Assembly (NCBI GenBank): GCA_043809585.1
Contig: JBDROZ010000003.1
Location: 1-64,000, forward strand
Source: Candidatus Eiseniibacteriota bacterium
Lineage (GTDB): Bacteria > Orphanbacterota > Orphanbacteria > Orphanbacterales > Orphanbacteraceae
Direction: 5' to 3'
DNA length: 64,000 bases
Position numbers and translations under genes: made by a program. Below are positions 1 to 9,301 of this stretch, one piece after another (within the stretch, counting starts at the first letter, position 1; every line of letters begins with the position of its first letter). The notes below the pieces were generated by a model. It did no database searches and had not been told where the DNA came from. It saw only the letters and a program-made list of their open reading frames with translations.

Positions 1-483
1 GAGGTCGACGAGGGCGGTCACCTTCCACCAGGTCTCCCCCGGGGGCTTGTCCAGGTAGTTCGTGTTGTCCACCACGTTCGACCGCTCGGTCATCTCCAGC
101 TTGATCCGGTCGACCTTCTGGCCGTCGTCGTTGTACCGGGCGTTGAACATGTTCCCCGCGATGCCGAGTTCCTCGAACTTGTCCCACCACGGGTTCGGGT
201 CGTTCGGATCGACCTCGCTCAGGAGGAGCTCGAAAAGATAGCCGTCGTCGAGGGCCGCCTCGTAGGCGCTGCTGTCCATCCGGGAGTACGCCTGGGGCAG
301 GTACTCCGTGATCAGCTTGGTCGTCGTGGAGCGGTCGAGGGAACGGGGGTCGTCGTCGCCCCCGCCGTTCCCGCCGTCGTCCGAGGGGTTCAGGGCGCAG
401 CCCATGGAGAGGGATAGCGCGAATAGCCCGCCGAGGAGCAGCGCCGCGAAAACCCCGTGTGAATCGCGCACATATCGAGCCAC
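1..483 (-). CDS. Lipoprotein of unknown function (runs off the window edge); paralog of 1321..1977
   Basis: Not in the ORF track. Manual translation from GTG at 483 (GGGAGG RBS upstream): MARYVRDSHGVFAALLLGGLFALSLSMGCALNPSDD...TTKLITEYLPQAYS...DDGYLFELL...PWWDKFEELGIAGNMFN. Lipobox SMGC; frame open to position 1. Confidence 0.8.
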   Translation of the reverse strand, partial: MARYVRDSHGVFAALLLGGLFALSLSMGCALNPSDDGGNGGGDDDPRSLDRSTTTKLITEYLPQAYSRMDSSAYEAALDDGYLFELLLSEVDPNDPNPWWDKFEELGIAGNMFNARYNDDGQKVDRIKLEMTERSNVVDNTNYLDKPPGETWWKVTALVDL

Positions 484-590
484 TTCCGAAACCTCCCGCG
501 AACTTGTTGTCGAATAGTTACTTACGTGACCCTCGGCCTGCCGAACACGAGGGCAGGGGAAGTCGATGGTAGGCACCCGTGGACTCCATG

Positions 591-619
591 AAAGTACCAC
601 AGGCCTTGCCTTCTGTCAA
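591..619 (-). promoter_or_regulatory. Sigma70-type promoter for the 1..483 lipoprotein
   Basis: Minus strand TTGACA-17 nt-TACTTT. Confidence 0.6.
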
Positions 620-690
620 CTCGATCCCATGCCCCGCCTGAGCGTCACCCTCCCCTTATCGGCACCATCGCCGGGGGGACTTATGGTGGC

Positions 691-1085
691 CCGAAGTTCT
701 ATTCTCCTCGGACTCCTCCTCTGCACCTTGGAATGGTGATCTTCGTTTGCGGTATCCCCCCGGAGGGGGACAGGGTCCGCTCAGGTAAGACTGGAGTCTT
801 CCGAGCCGGAGGCTCGGGCGGAACCAGTCCCCCACCCACTCCGAAGCACTATCTTCCTCGGACTCCTCCTCTGCACCTTTGGAATGGTGATCTTCGTTTG
901 CGGTATCCCCCCGGAGGGGGACAGGGTCCGCCGAGAAATGCGGGGGACACGAAACGAGTTCATGTCCCCCCCTCGTTCCGCCGGAGGCCTGTCCTGAGAA
1001 GGACCGAAGGTCCGTATCGAAGGGCTCGGGCGAAACCAGTCCCCCACCCACTCCGAAGCACTATCTTCCTCGGACTCCTCCTCTG
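691..1085. repeat. Three degenerate direct copies of a ~120-bp unit separated by unrelated hairpin-containing spacers
   Basis: ccgaag...cctcggactcctcctctgcacctt(t)ggaatggtgatcttcgtttgcggtatccccccggagggggacagggtccgc at 691-780 and 841-931; ggctcgggcg(g/a)aaccagtcccccacccactccgaagcactatcttcctcggactcctcctctg at 811-873 and 1023-1085. Confidence 0.9.
991..1024 (+). repeat. REP-like GTCCTGAG-hairpin-GTATCGAAGGG element
   Basis: gtcctgagaaggaccgaaggtccgtatcgaaggg; the same flanks occur in reverse orientation at 23678-23720. Confidence 0.6.
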
Positions 1086-1142
1086 AAACTCGAAATGACT
1101 GTCCTGGCCGGTGATACCCGTCCGGAGCAGGCCAGACGCGGG

Positions 1143-1322
1143 GACCCGCGGATTCCGAGTGGTTTCGTCGCGAGGATTCGGAGCGCGAGGCGAGAGGCCG
1201 CTTCGGACGAGCCCGCTCCCGGAGGCATAGCCAGAGCTATGTCGAGGAAGCGGGCGAAGGAGAAGTGCCCTCGCAGTCCGCGATCCGGATCCGCAGCAGA
1301 AACCACGAGGAATTCGCGGGTC
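1143..1322 (+). repeat. GA-loop rod hairpin element, copy A
   Basis: Terminal arms gacccgcggattcc/ggaattcgcgggtc; internal loops gtcgcga/gcagca, ggcga/gcag, cggacga/gaaggag, cggag/cga. Confidence 0.85.
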
Positions 1323-1977
1323 ATTCCGGACAGTATTCCTGGTTCGATTCGACCTGGCCCTTGTAGAAACCCCACGTGTCGCGGCTCCCCTTCCGGAAAT
1401 CCTCCCACCGGTAGGCCGCGTACGTCCCGTCCCCCTCGTCCCGGATGAAGAGCTTCAGAGCCCCGTCGAAGGCGACCGAATCCAGCTCGGCACCGGCCAC
1501 GAGGAACACGTAGTAGATCCCCAGATGGTAATCGGTCTCGAACGTGGAGAACCCGGTCACCGACGAATCGGTGAGGACCTGCTCCCCCGTGTAGCTGAGC
1601 ACCATGGTCCCGGACTTCACCGTTCCGTCGTTGAAGCACGCCAAGATCCGGTTGAATACCAGTTCTTCGTCGTTCCGGTCCCACGGGTCGGCGAAGGGGA
1701 AGACCCCCGCGTCGGCGAGGTCCGTCGAATCGCTCCGGTCCGGCCGGTACACGTAGTCTTCCGAGAGGAGGGCGAGGAACTTCGTGTCGTTCCACGAGCC
1801 GAACGCCTCCACGAGTTTGGTCGTCACCTCCTCCGGCGTCTTCGCCGGCTCGTCCACGGGGGGGCCGATCTGATTCGGGTCCTCCGATTCCCGGGGCGAG
1901 AAGAAGCACCCGCCCGAGAGGAGGAACCACGCGGTGAGCGCCGTCCCGATCGTCCTCTTCCTCCATCGGCGGTTCAT
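1321..1977 (-). CDS. Lipoprotein of unknown function with TWGxxK motif near the C-terminus
   Basis: 218 aa; lipobox LSGGC; ...SRDTWGFYKGQ...; shares TTKL, DY/GY and PWD..EE segments with the 1..483 protein. Confidence 0.85.
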   Translation of the reverse strand: MNRRWRKRTIGTALTAWFLLSGGCFFSPRESEDPNQIGPPVDEPAKTPEEVTTKLVEAFGSWNDTKFLALLSEDYVYRPDRSDSTDLADAGVFPFADPWDRNDEELVFNRILACFNDGTVKSGTMVLSYTGEQVLTDSSVTGFSTFETDYHLGIYYVFLVAGAELDSVAFDGALKLFIRDEGDGTYAAYRWEDFRKGSRDTWGFYKGQVESNQEYCPE

Positions 1978-1987
1978 GGCGTCCTCC

Positions 1988-4066
1988 CTACAGTTTGATC
2001 GTGAGCGAGCCGGTCAGCTCCCAGTCGATCCGCCGCTCATCGCCCCGGAGCGATCCGCTCCGCTGGAAGATGGGAACCGTCGCGTCCTGGATCTGTTTCG
2101 CCTTCACGTTCAGCTGGGTCGAATCGGTGATCTTCCTCCGATACGAAAGCTGGTTGTAGATCTGGGACTTCGTCTTGTGGCCTTCCAGTTCCTTCCCCTC
2201 GGACAGGTCGTAGGACTTCTCCACCTGCACGAACTGCCCGGACTCCCAGGAGAAGTTCTTCATGATGCTGTAGCGAACGCGCAGGGCCAGCTTCTGGCTC
2301 GACCCTTCCCGTTCCTGGGCGAAGCGCCTCGTCGAGCCCTCCTTCCGGAAGTCGCCGCTCTCGTCCAACTTAAACCGGTATTCGAGGTCGAGCTTCGACC
2401 GCTTCGTCATGTCCCAGGCGACGGTCGAGCGGAGCTCCGAGACACGGGTCATGGTGTTCCGGTTCGAGTCGAACTTCTTGTAGATGTAGATCAGGGTCAT
2501 GGTGTAGGCGCTCTGGACCGAAAGACCGGACCGCGGCCGGTAGTCGACCGTCGGCGAGACGCGCCACGACTGCCGGGTTTCGTTGTTCGACGACCGGGCC
2601 TTGTCGATGTTCACCGTCGTGACCTCGTCCACCGACAGGAGCGCCGACCCTTGGATCTTCCCCGGCGGTTGGTAATCGAGGTTGAGCGAGAGGCGCCGGT
2701 CGAGGTTGTCCTTGTCCTGGGTCGAATCGGCGAAGAAGCGCCTCACCATGCCGACGCTTCCCGTGGTGCGGATCTTGGTGTACTTCCAGAAATCCCGGGA
2801 GACGTTGAGCAGGACCGACCCGCGCTGGGTCTTCACGCTGTTGTCGGGGAAGCCGGCGACGGGGAAACTCTTGTCCTCCGCCATCGACCGCTTCAGGGTC
2901 ACTCTGCTCTTGATATTCGACGGGAGGCGGTAGCCGAGGGAGACATCTCCCTGCAGGTCGACCCGGTCGCTCCCCTGCCATTGGTCGATCGCGTACCGGC
3001 GCTTGCCGAGGGAGTAGTCCAGTTTCGCGTCGTAGTCGAGGTTTCTCGAGAGGACCCCCATGGCGCCGACCCTGGCGTTCCGCCGCGAGTCGGTCGTCGT
3101 CTCGATCCCCCCCGCGGGCCGGACGAACTGCCGCTCCGACTCCTCCACCGAAAACTGGGCGTTCATCTTCGCGAAAGCGAAGTCCTCCCACCGGATCCGG
3201 ACGGTCCCCCTGTCGATGGCGTCCCGGTTGTCCTTGCTCTCCGCCGCCTGCTGGGCGCTCCCGCCGGTCTTCACGGCGAACCCGCTTCGGGTGGCGTCCC
3301 CCAAGAGTTCCACGTTCAGCGTCGCCCGGGGCGCGTACTTCAAGATCGTCGACCCGGAGATCGAGTTGCCCCGCTTTTCCTCCTGTTTGGTGATCGGGTC
3401 GGCACCGGACATGGACGATGATTCCTCGTCCTTGTCCCGTCTGTCCATGCCCCCTTCGACGTTGACGGTCAGCTGAAGCGCGTCCCCGATGTTCCGGAGG
3501 TAGACGCTCGACAGAGCGAGGCGATTGCGCACGATGTCGGTCGAACGGAGTTGCTCGCGCTCGGTGTTGGAGTCTCGGTTGTAGGTGAGCCCCACCTTGA
3601 GGCCCTTCCCCACGCGGTACTGGAGTTGGACCTGGGACTTTCGGACGTCCGTCTCCCGGCCCGCCCGGTCCGACTTGTTCTTGGTCCAAGTGTTCTGGGT
3701 TTTGGCGACCAGGTTGTCCCGGAGGAGGTAGTCGAGGTCCACGACCTGCTCGATGTTGGTGGTCTGCCGCATCCGGCTCGACCGGAACTGGTAGCTCGGA
3801 TGGAATCCTTTGGGAACGTCGTCGATGGTGACCGTCGGAATCTTGGAGAGAGAATCCTCGAGGACGACCGTTCGGATCGAATCGTAGCTGACCGAGTCGA
3901 CCCAGACCGAATCCCCCTTGAGATCACGCACCCAGAGCGAGTCGGTCCGAACGTCCTCGAGCTCATCGACCACGACCTGGGCGGCCGGCCGGCCGGCGCC
4001 GGAAAGGAGCGCGAGAAGCGCGGCGATCCCGACGAGCGTGCCCTTGACCCGCCTCCTCCGTCTCAT
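1988..4066 (-). CDS. Large putative outer-membrane beta-barrel protein
   Basis: Signal peptide MRRRRRVKGTLVGIAALLALLSGAGRPAA; alternating amphipathic strands throughout; C-terminal WELTGSLTIKL; ATGA overlap with the rsmA stop. Confidence 0.75.
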   Translation of the reverse strand: MRRRRRVKGTLVGIAALLALLSGAGRPAAQVVVDELEDVRTDSLWVRDLKGDSVWVDSVSYDSIRTVVLEDSLSKIPTVTIDDVPKGFHPSYQFRSSRMRQTTNIEQVVDLDYLLRDNLVAKTQNTWTKNKSDRAGRETDVRKSQVQLQYRVGKGLKVGLTYNRDSNTEREQLRSTDIVRNRLALSSVYLRNIGDALQLTVNVEGGMDRRDKDEESSSMSGADPITKQEEKRGNSISGSTILKYAPRATLNVELLGDATRSGFAVKTGGSAQQAAESKDNRDAIDRGTVRIRWEDFAFAKMNAQFSVEESERQFVRPAGGIETTTDSRRNARVGAMGVLSRNLDYDAKLDYSLGKRRYAIDQWQGSDRVDLQGDVSLGYRLPSNIKSRVTLKRSMAEDKSFPVAGFPDNSVKTQRGSVLLNVSRDFWKYTKIRTTGSVGMVRRFFADSTQDKDNLDRRLSLNLDYQPPGKIQGSALLSVDEVTTVNIDKARSSNNETRQSWRVSPTVDYRPRSGLSVQSAYTMTLIYIYKKFDSNRNTMTRVSELRSTVAWDMTKRSKLDLEYRFKLDESGDFRKEGSTRRFAQEREGSSQKLALRVRYSIMKNFSWESGQFVQVEKSYDLSEGKELEGHKTKSQIYNQLSYRRKITDSTQLNVKAKQIQDATVPIFQRSGSLRGDERRIDWELTGSLTIKL

Positions 4067-4920
4067 CGGATCTCTCCGACCGCGTCGGAGAGGCGGCACC
4101 AGTCATCCACGTCCAATTCCTCCGGCCGGGCCGACAGATTCACACCGCTTCTCTCTTCGACCGCCGCGATCTCTTCCGGAGTGAGGGACCGCGCCGCCCG
4201 GAGCCCGGTGCGAATCATCTTCCGCCTTCCCGAGAATAGCACCCGTGCCAGTTCGAAGAGCGCCCGTTCGTCGGCGGCCCGCACGGCCGGCGGATGGTGG
4301 AACCGGAGACGGATCACCGCCGAATCGACCCGGGGCCTGGGGCGGAAGGCGGCGGGGCCTACCTTGAAGAGGACCTCCACCTCGGCGCGGTAGCGGACCG
4401 CGAGGGTGAGCCGGCCGAAGTCCTTGGTGCCCGGATTCGCGGCGAGGCGGGCGGCCACCTCCTTCTGAACGAGGAAGACCGCGCGGTCGACCCGGGCGGC
4501 GGCGGAAGCTTCGAGAACGCGGTCCAGGATGGGGGACGTGGCATGGTAGGGGATGTTTCCGACCACCACGAGGGATCCTCCGGCCGCGGCCCCTTCCAGG
4601 TCGAACTCGAGAAAATCGCCCGGGACGAACCGAACGTTCTTTCTCTCCCGGAGCCGCTCCCGCTGCGCCTCGAGGAGCTCCCGGTCGATCTCGACGGAGA
4701 TCACCTCCGCCGCCCGCTCCGCGAGAAGCTCCGTCAACGTGCCGGGACCGGAACCGATCTCGACGACACGCTCGCCCGGCCCGACCTCCGCGGAAGACGC
4801 GATCTTCCGGAGAATGTTCGGGTCCACGAGGAAGTTCTGCCCCAGGCTCTTCCTCGGGACGTGCCCCCCCTCCCGCAGATCCCGAACCTCCCGGGCGGGC
4901 GTCCTTCGGTCGCGCGCCAC
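4063..4920 (-). CDS. rsmA: 16S rRNA adenine dimethyltransferase KsgA/RsmA
   Basis: RKSLGQNFL, VEIGSGPG, GNIPY, FRPRPRVDSAV motifs; GTG start inferred. Confidence 0.95.
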   Translation of the reverse strand: MARDRRTPAREVRDLREGGHVPRKSLGQNFLVDPNILRKIASSAEVGPGERVVEIGSGPGTLTELLAERAAEVISVEIDRELLEAQRERLRERKNVRFVPGDFLEFDLEGAAAGGSLVVVGNIPYHATSPILDRVLEASAAARVDRAVFLVQKEVAARLAANPGTKDFGRLTLAVRYRAEVEVLFKVGPAAFRPRPRVDSAVIRLRFHHPPAVRAADERALFELARVLFSGRRKMIRTGLRAARSLTPEEIAAVEERSGVNLSARPEELDVDDWCRLSDAVGEIR

Positions 4921-4922
4921 TG

Positions 4923-5699
4923 CTACGCCTCCAGCCGGAAGAGCCGCCTCGTGTTCTCCTCCGTGATCCGGTCCATCTCCTCCGTCGAGCGGCCCCGGAT
5001 CCGGGCGACCCGCTCGAGCACGTACCGGACATGGGCCGGCTCGTTCCGCTTCCCCCGGTGGGGCGCGGGGGTCAACCACGGGCAATCGGTCTCGATGAGG
5101 AGCCGGTCCTCGGGGCACTCCCGTACGACGTCGGCCAACTTGCCGTCGTCCTTCTTCGAGAAGGTGATCGGACCCGGAATGGAGACGTAGAACCCGAGGG
5201 GGAGGACCGCCTCCATCAAGGCCACGTCCCCCGAGAAACAGTGCATCACTCCGCCGGGAAAGGCCCCGGCATGCTCGGCGAGCACGCCGGCCACTTCGTC
5301 GTGGGCGTCCCGGTCGTGGATCACCACCGGCTTTCCGACGCGCCCCGCCATCGCCAGCTGCTCCCGAAAGAGCCGGCGCTGGCTTACCGGATCCGCCCAG
5401 TCGCGGTAGAAATCGAGGCCCGTCTCGCCGACGCCGACCACTTCGGGGCGGCGGGCGAGTTCCTCCATCCGCTCGAGATCGGCGGCGGTCGCCTTGTCCG
5501 ACTCGTGGGGATGGATGCCGACCACGGCGCTCACCCGGCGGTCCCGGGCGGACAGTTCGATCACGGCCTCGTTGGAAGGGATGTCGTAGGCGACGCAAAC
5601 CACGTGGTCCACCCCCTCCTCGCCGGCCCGGGCGAGCAGGGCGTCCGCGCCCTCGTCCCCGTAATCGGGGTGGGTCAGGTGGGCGTGGCTGTCGATCAA
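4923..5699 (-). CDS. tatD: TatD family nuclease
   Basis: IDSHAHL, GIHPH, GETGLD, HCFSG, ETDCPWL, RGKRNEP; TTG start overlapping the metG stop. Confidence 0.95.
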   Translation of the reverse strand: MIDSHAHLTHPDYGDEGADALLARAGEEGVDHVVCVAYDIPSNEAVIELSARDRRVSAVVGIHPHESDKATAADLERMEELARRPEVVGVGETGLDFYRDWADPVSQRRLFREQLAMAGRVGKPVVIHDRDAHDEVAGVLAEHAGAFPGGVMHCFSGDVALMEAVLPLGFYVSIPGPITFSKKDDGKLADVVRECPEDRLLIETDCPWLTPAPHRGKRNEPAHVRYVLERVARIRGRSTEEMDRITEENTRRLFRLEA

Positions 5700-7243
5700 G
5701 AGGCCTCCACCTCCTCGTCGATGCGCGGGAAGAGGGGCCTCTCGACGCGGAGGGCGCGGCCGTCCGCGGCGCCGGCCCGCCAGGGAATGTCCTCGTCGAA
5801 ACGGAAGTCCGCCGCCCGTCGCGGCAGCCCGAGGGCGGCGGAGAGTTCCTCCGCCTTCTTGGGCATGACCGGCGCGATCAGCACCGACACGATCCGGAGC
5901 GCCTCGGTCACGTTGTAGAGGACCGTCCCGAGGCGGCCGGCCTTCTCCGGGTCCTTCACGAGGGCCCACGGCGCGTTCTCTTCGATGTACTGGTTCCCCC
6001 GCCGGACCAGCTCCCACGCCGCGGCGAGGGCGTTGTGAAACTCGAAGCGGTCCATGGCCGCGGCATAGCGCCCGCACACGTCTTCGGCGAGGCTTCGGAG
6101 GACGTCGTCGTCCTCCCCCGCCTCGAACGCCGGAAAGACCCCCTCGCCGAGGTACTTCCGGCTCATCCCCGCCACCCGGTTCAGCAGGTTGCCGAGGTCG
6201 TTCGCGAGATCCGCGTTGTGCCGCCCGATCAGCTGGCCCACCGAGAAATCGCCGTCCCGCTCGAAGGAAACCTCCCGAAGCAGGTAGTACCGGACCGAAT
6301 CGGCGCCGAACCGCTCCACCATCGCCTGGGGATCGACCACGTTGCCGAGGGACTTGGAGAGCTTCCTCCCCTCCACCGAGATGAAGCCGTGGGCGTAGAC
6401 CGTCTTCGGAAGGGGCACGCCGGCGGACATCAGCATGGCGGGCCAGATGATGCAGTGGAACCGGGTGATGTCCTTCCCGATCACGTGCAGGTCCGCCGGC
6501 CAGTAGCGGCCGTACGTCTTTCCGTCCTCCGGAAACCCGACGGAGGTCAGGTAGTTGATGAGCGCGTCGAACCAGACGTAGACCACGTGCTTCGGGTCCG
6601 CCGGCAGCGGAATGCCCCACCCCTGGCTCGACCGGGAGACCGACACGTCCACGAGCCCCGTTTCCAAGACGCTCACGATCTCGTTGCGGCGGATCTCGGG
6701 GAGGATGAACTCGGGGTTCTTCGCGATATGATCGAGGAGCGGCTCCCGGTACTTGGTCAGTGAGAAGAAGTAGTTCTCCTCTTCGATCTCCTCGGGCTCC
6801 CGAAGATGAGTCGGGCACTTCCCGTCGACCAGGTCCTTCTCCTGGTAGAAGGTCTCGCACGACACGCAGTAGAGGCCCCGGTAGAAACCCTTGTAGACGT
6901 CGCCCTTCCTCTCGATTCGGCGGAAGATCTCCTCCACCGCCTTCGCGTGGGCTTCCTCGGTGGTCCGCACGAACCGGTCGTACGAAAGATCGAGAAGGCT
7001 CCAAATCGACTCGAACTCCCCCGCCATCTTGTCGCAGTACTCCTGCGGGTCGAGGCCCAGGCGGCGGGCCTCCCGCTCCACGTTCAGACTGTGCTCGTCG
7101 TTCCCCATGGAGAAGAACGTGTCCTTCCCGCGGAGCCGCATGTACCGCGCGACCGCGTCGGCGGCGATTTTTTCGAACGCCGTCCCGATGTGGGGACGGC
7201 TGTTGACGTAGTCGATGGCCGTGGTCAGATAATAGGATTCCAT
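5696..7243 (-). CDS. metG: Methionyl-tRNA synthetase (short form, no C-terminal tRNA-binding domain)
   Basis: YLTTAIDYVN..PHIG, CVSC/CPTH knuckle, YVWFDALINY, GKDI, KLSKS. Confidence 0.95.
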   Translation of the reverse strand: MESYYLTTAIDYVNSRPHIGTAFEKIAADAVARYMRLRGKDTFFSMGNDEHSLNVEREARRLGLDPQEYCDKMAGEFESIWSLLDLSYDRFVRTTEEAHAKAVEEIFRRIERKGDVYKGFYRGLYCVSCETFYQEKDLVDGKCPTHLREPEEIEEENYFFSLTKYREPLLDHIAKNPEFILPEIRRNEIVSVLETGLVDVSVSRSSQGWGIPLPADPKHVVYVWFDALINYLTSVGFPEDGKTYGRYWPADLHVIGKDITRFHCIIWPAMLMSAGVPLPKTVYAHGFISVEGRKLSKSLGNVVDPQAMVERFGADSVRYYLLREVSFERDGDFSVGQLIGRHNADLANDLGNLLNRVAGMSRKYLGEGVFPAFEAGEDDDVLRSLAEDVCGRYAAAMDRFEFHNALAAAWELVRRGNQYIEENAPWALVKDPEKAGRLGTVLYNVTEALRIVSVLIAPVMPKKAEELSAALGLPRRAADFRFDEDIPWRAGAADGRALRVERPLFPRIDEEVEAS

Positions 7244-7321
7244 GATTCATCCCGCGCGGAAAGGTCGATCCGCTCCTCGGTCGGCGCCCCCGGATCCGCT
7301 ACACGAACGGGCGAGAATGCC

Positions 7322-8167
7322 TCACTTGCCCGGCCCCCGGGAGCGATGCACCCACTTGTCCTTGTGGAACTCCTCCCGGACCTCCTCGAGGGGGACCCGG
7401 ACCTCTCTCTCCTCCGGCGCCTTGATGTTGATGGTCCCGGAGAAGATGTCCGCCTTGGTCACCTTGCCCTCGACGTTCTCGGTGCGCACCCGCGAGCCGA
7501 CGCGGGGGAAGCTCCGGAGCGCGTCCAGGTAGGTTTCCCGTTCATAGGCGAGGCAGCACATGAGGCGCCCGCACACGCCGGAAATCTTGTTCGGCGAGAG
7601 GGCCAGGTGCTGGTCCCGCGCCATCCGGAGCGTGACGGGCGTGAACTCCCTGAGAAAAGAGGAGCAGCAGAGCCGCCGGCCGCACGGGCCGAAGCCGTCG
7701 AGGCGCTTCGCCTCGTCCCGGACGCCGATCTGCCGGAGCTCGATCCGGGTCTTGAAGGTCGACGCGAGATCCTTGACCAGCTCACGGAAGTCGATCCGCT
7801 TCTCGGCCGTGAAATAGAAGGTGACCTTGTTCGCGTCGAACTGCATCTCCACGTCGACGAGCTTCATGTCGAGCTTGCGCGACTCGATGCGCGACTCGCA
7901 GGCCGCCCGGGCGTCCTCCTCCCGGGACCGATTGCGGAGGAGGGCCAGCCGGTCCTGGCGGTTCGCCTTCCGGATCACCTCGTGGGGGGGCTTTTCCTCG
8001 GACGTGAGGGCCACCGTCTCCGGCAGGTGGACCACCCGACCCATGTCCTCCCCCCGGTCCGCGGTGACGATGCAGAAGTCCCCGATTCGGAAAGGGATGT
8101 TTCGCGGGTTGCCGTAAATGTCCTGACGCCGCCCCTTGAATCTTATTTCGACGAATGTCTCGTTCAT
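7322..8167 (-). CDS. ricT: PSP1/RicT (YaaT) family Fe-S regulatory protein
   Basis: RIDFRELVKDL, RIELRQIGVRDEA, GPCGRRLCCS, ISGVCGRLMCCL. Confidence 0.92.
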   Translation of the reverse strand: MNETFVEIRFKGRRQDIYGNPRNIPFRIGDFCIVTADRGEDMGRVVHLPETVALTSEEKPPHEVIRKANRQDRLALLRNRSREEDARAACESRIESRKLDMKLVDVEMQFDANKVTFYFTAEKRIDFRELVKDLASTFKTRIELRQIGVRDEAKRLDGFGPCGRRLCCSSFLREFTPVTLRMARDQHLALSPNKISGVCGRLMCCLAYERETYLDALRSFPRVGSRVRTENVEGKVTKADIFSGTINIKAPEEREVRVPLEEVREEFHKDKWVHRSRGPGK

Positions 8168-8173
8168 CTGCCC

Positions 8174-9301
8174 TTACCTCAACCAGTGCGACGGATCGAG
8201 GGGCTTCGTGCCCTGGCGTATTTCGAAGTGAAGGGAGCTCCCCGATACGGATCCCGTGTTCCCGACCGTCCCGAGTACGCGGCCCTGCTCCACCCGCTCC
8301 CCCGCGGAGACCCGGATCTCCGCGGCGTGGGCGTAGAGGGTGTAGTAGCCCCCGCCGTGCGCCACGATTATACAGTTTCCGTAGCCCGGAAGGGTGCTCA
8401 CGTATTCCACCCTCCCCGGCGCCACACAGAGGATGTCCGTCCCCATGGGCGCCCCGATGTCGATCCCGTTGTTGGTCACCTCCGTGCCGAACTCGGGGTG
8501 GCGCGTCTTCCCGAACTCCCGGACCACCCGGCCGTCCACCGGCCAGGGGAGGCGGGCGTTCCCCCCCTCGAGCAGGGAGGGGCCGAGATACTCGCCCCCC
8601 CCCTGCCGCATCCGGGAGGCGATGATCCGCTCGAGCTCCTTCTCCGCCTCCTCCAGCTCCGCCACCATCTTCTCGTGGCTCTCCCTGCGGTTCCGCACGT
8701 CGCCGAGGAGATCCCGCCGATCCTGCTTTCGGCGGAGGAGCACCGATCTTTCCCGGCTACGCTCCTCCTCGATCCTCCGAATCTCTTCTTCCCGGGAGAG
8801 GAGCTCCCCGCGCGCCGTCTCGAGCCGGACCCGCTCGTCGAGGACGGAGCGGTAGAGGGTGTCGTCCCGGCGGACCACGCGGAGGAGCCGGTCGAACCGG
8901 GTCACGAGATCGACCACCGACTGGGACCCGAGAAGGACCTCGAACTCGTGGTATCCCCCGAACTGGTAGAGCGCCCGGAGGCGCGTCCGGAGGAGCCGCC
9001 GGCGCCGGTCCAGCTCGCTCTCCGCGTCCTTCGCCTCCCGCTCCAGCTCGCCGAGCCCCGCCTCCACCTGCTTCCGCTTCGATTCGAGTCCCGTGAGAAG
9101 CCGGTTGGTGAGCCCCAGGTCCTCGTCGAGCTTCATGAGGTTGTTCAGGATCCCGCTCTCCTCCCCCTTCAGGTTCTCCACCTCCCGGCGGGTTTTCTCG
9201 ATGCGCTCCCGGAGCTTGTTCAGGTCCGTCTCCTCCGGGTCCTGTGCCGCCGCCCGGGGCGCGAGGAGCAGGAGTCCGAGAACGATCCAGGGGAGGATCA
9301 T
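8174..9301 (-). CDS. envC: EnvC-like murein hydrolase activator (coiled coil + M23 domain)
   Basis: Signal peptide, long coiled coil, LPWPVDG, GIDI, YTLYAH, LHFEIR; directly follows ftsEX. Confidence 0.85.
   Translation of the reverse strand: MILPWIVLGLLLLAPRAAAQDPEETDLNKLRERIEKTRREVENLKGEESGILNNLMKLDEDLGLTNRLLTGLESKRKQVEAGLGELEREAKDAESELDRRRRLLRTRLRALYQFGGYHEFEVLLGSQSVVDLVTRFDRLLRVVRRDDTLYRSVLDERVRLETARGELLSREEEIRRIEEERSRERSVLLRRKQDRRDLLGDVRNRRESHEKMVAELEEAEKELERIIASRMRQGGGEYLGPSLLEGGNARLPWPVDGRVVREFGKTRHPEFGTEVTNNGIDIGAPMGTDILCVAPGRVEYVSTLPGYGNCIIVAHGGGYYTLYAHAAEIRVSAGERVEQGRVLGTVGNTGSVSGSSLHFEIRQGTKPLDPSHWLR

Noticed and set aside
691-1085. Possible CRISPR array
   Set aside because: Repeat ~90-120 bp, spacers of 30 and 91 bp that are themselves palindromic, only three copies, and no cas genes.
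656-1448. Short ORFs over the repeat region (656..1051, 733..1086, 781..1047, 1095..1448)
   Set aside because: They merely translate the DNA repeats and hairpins; no RBS or protein-like features.
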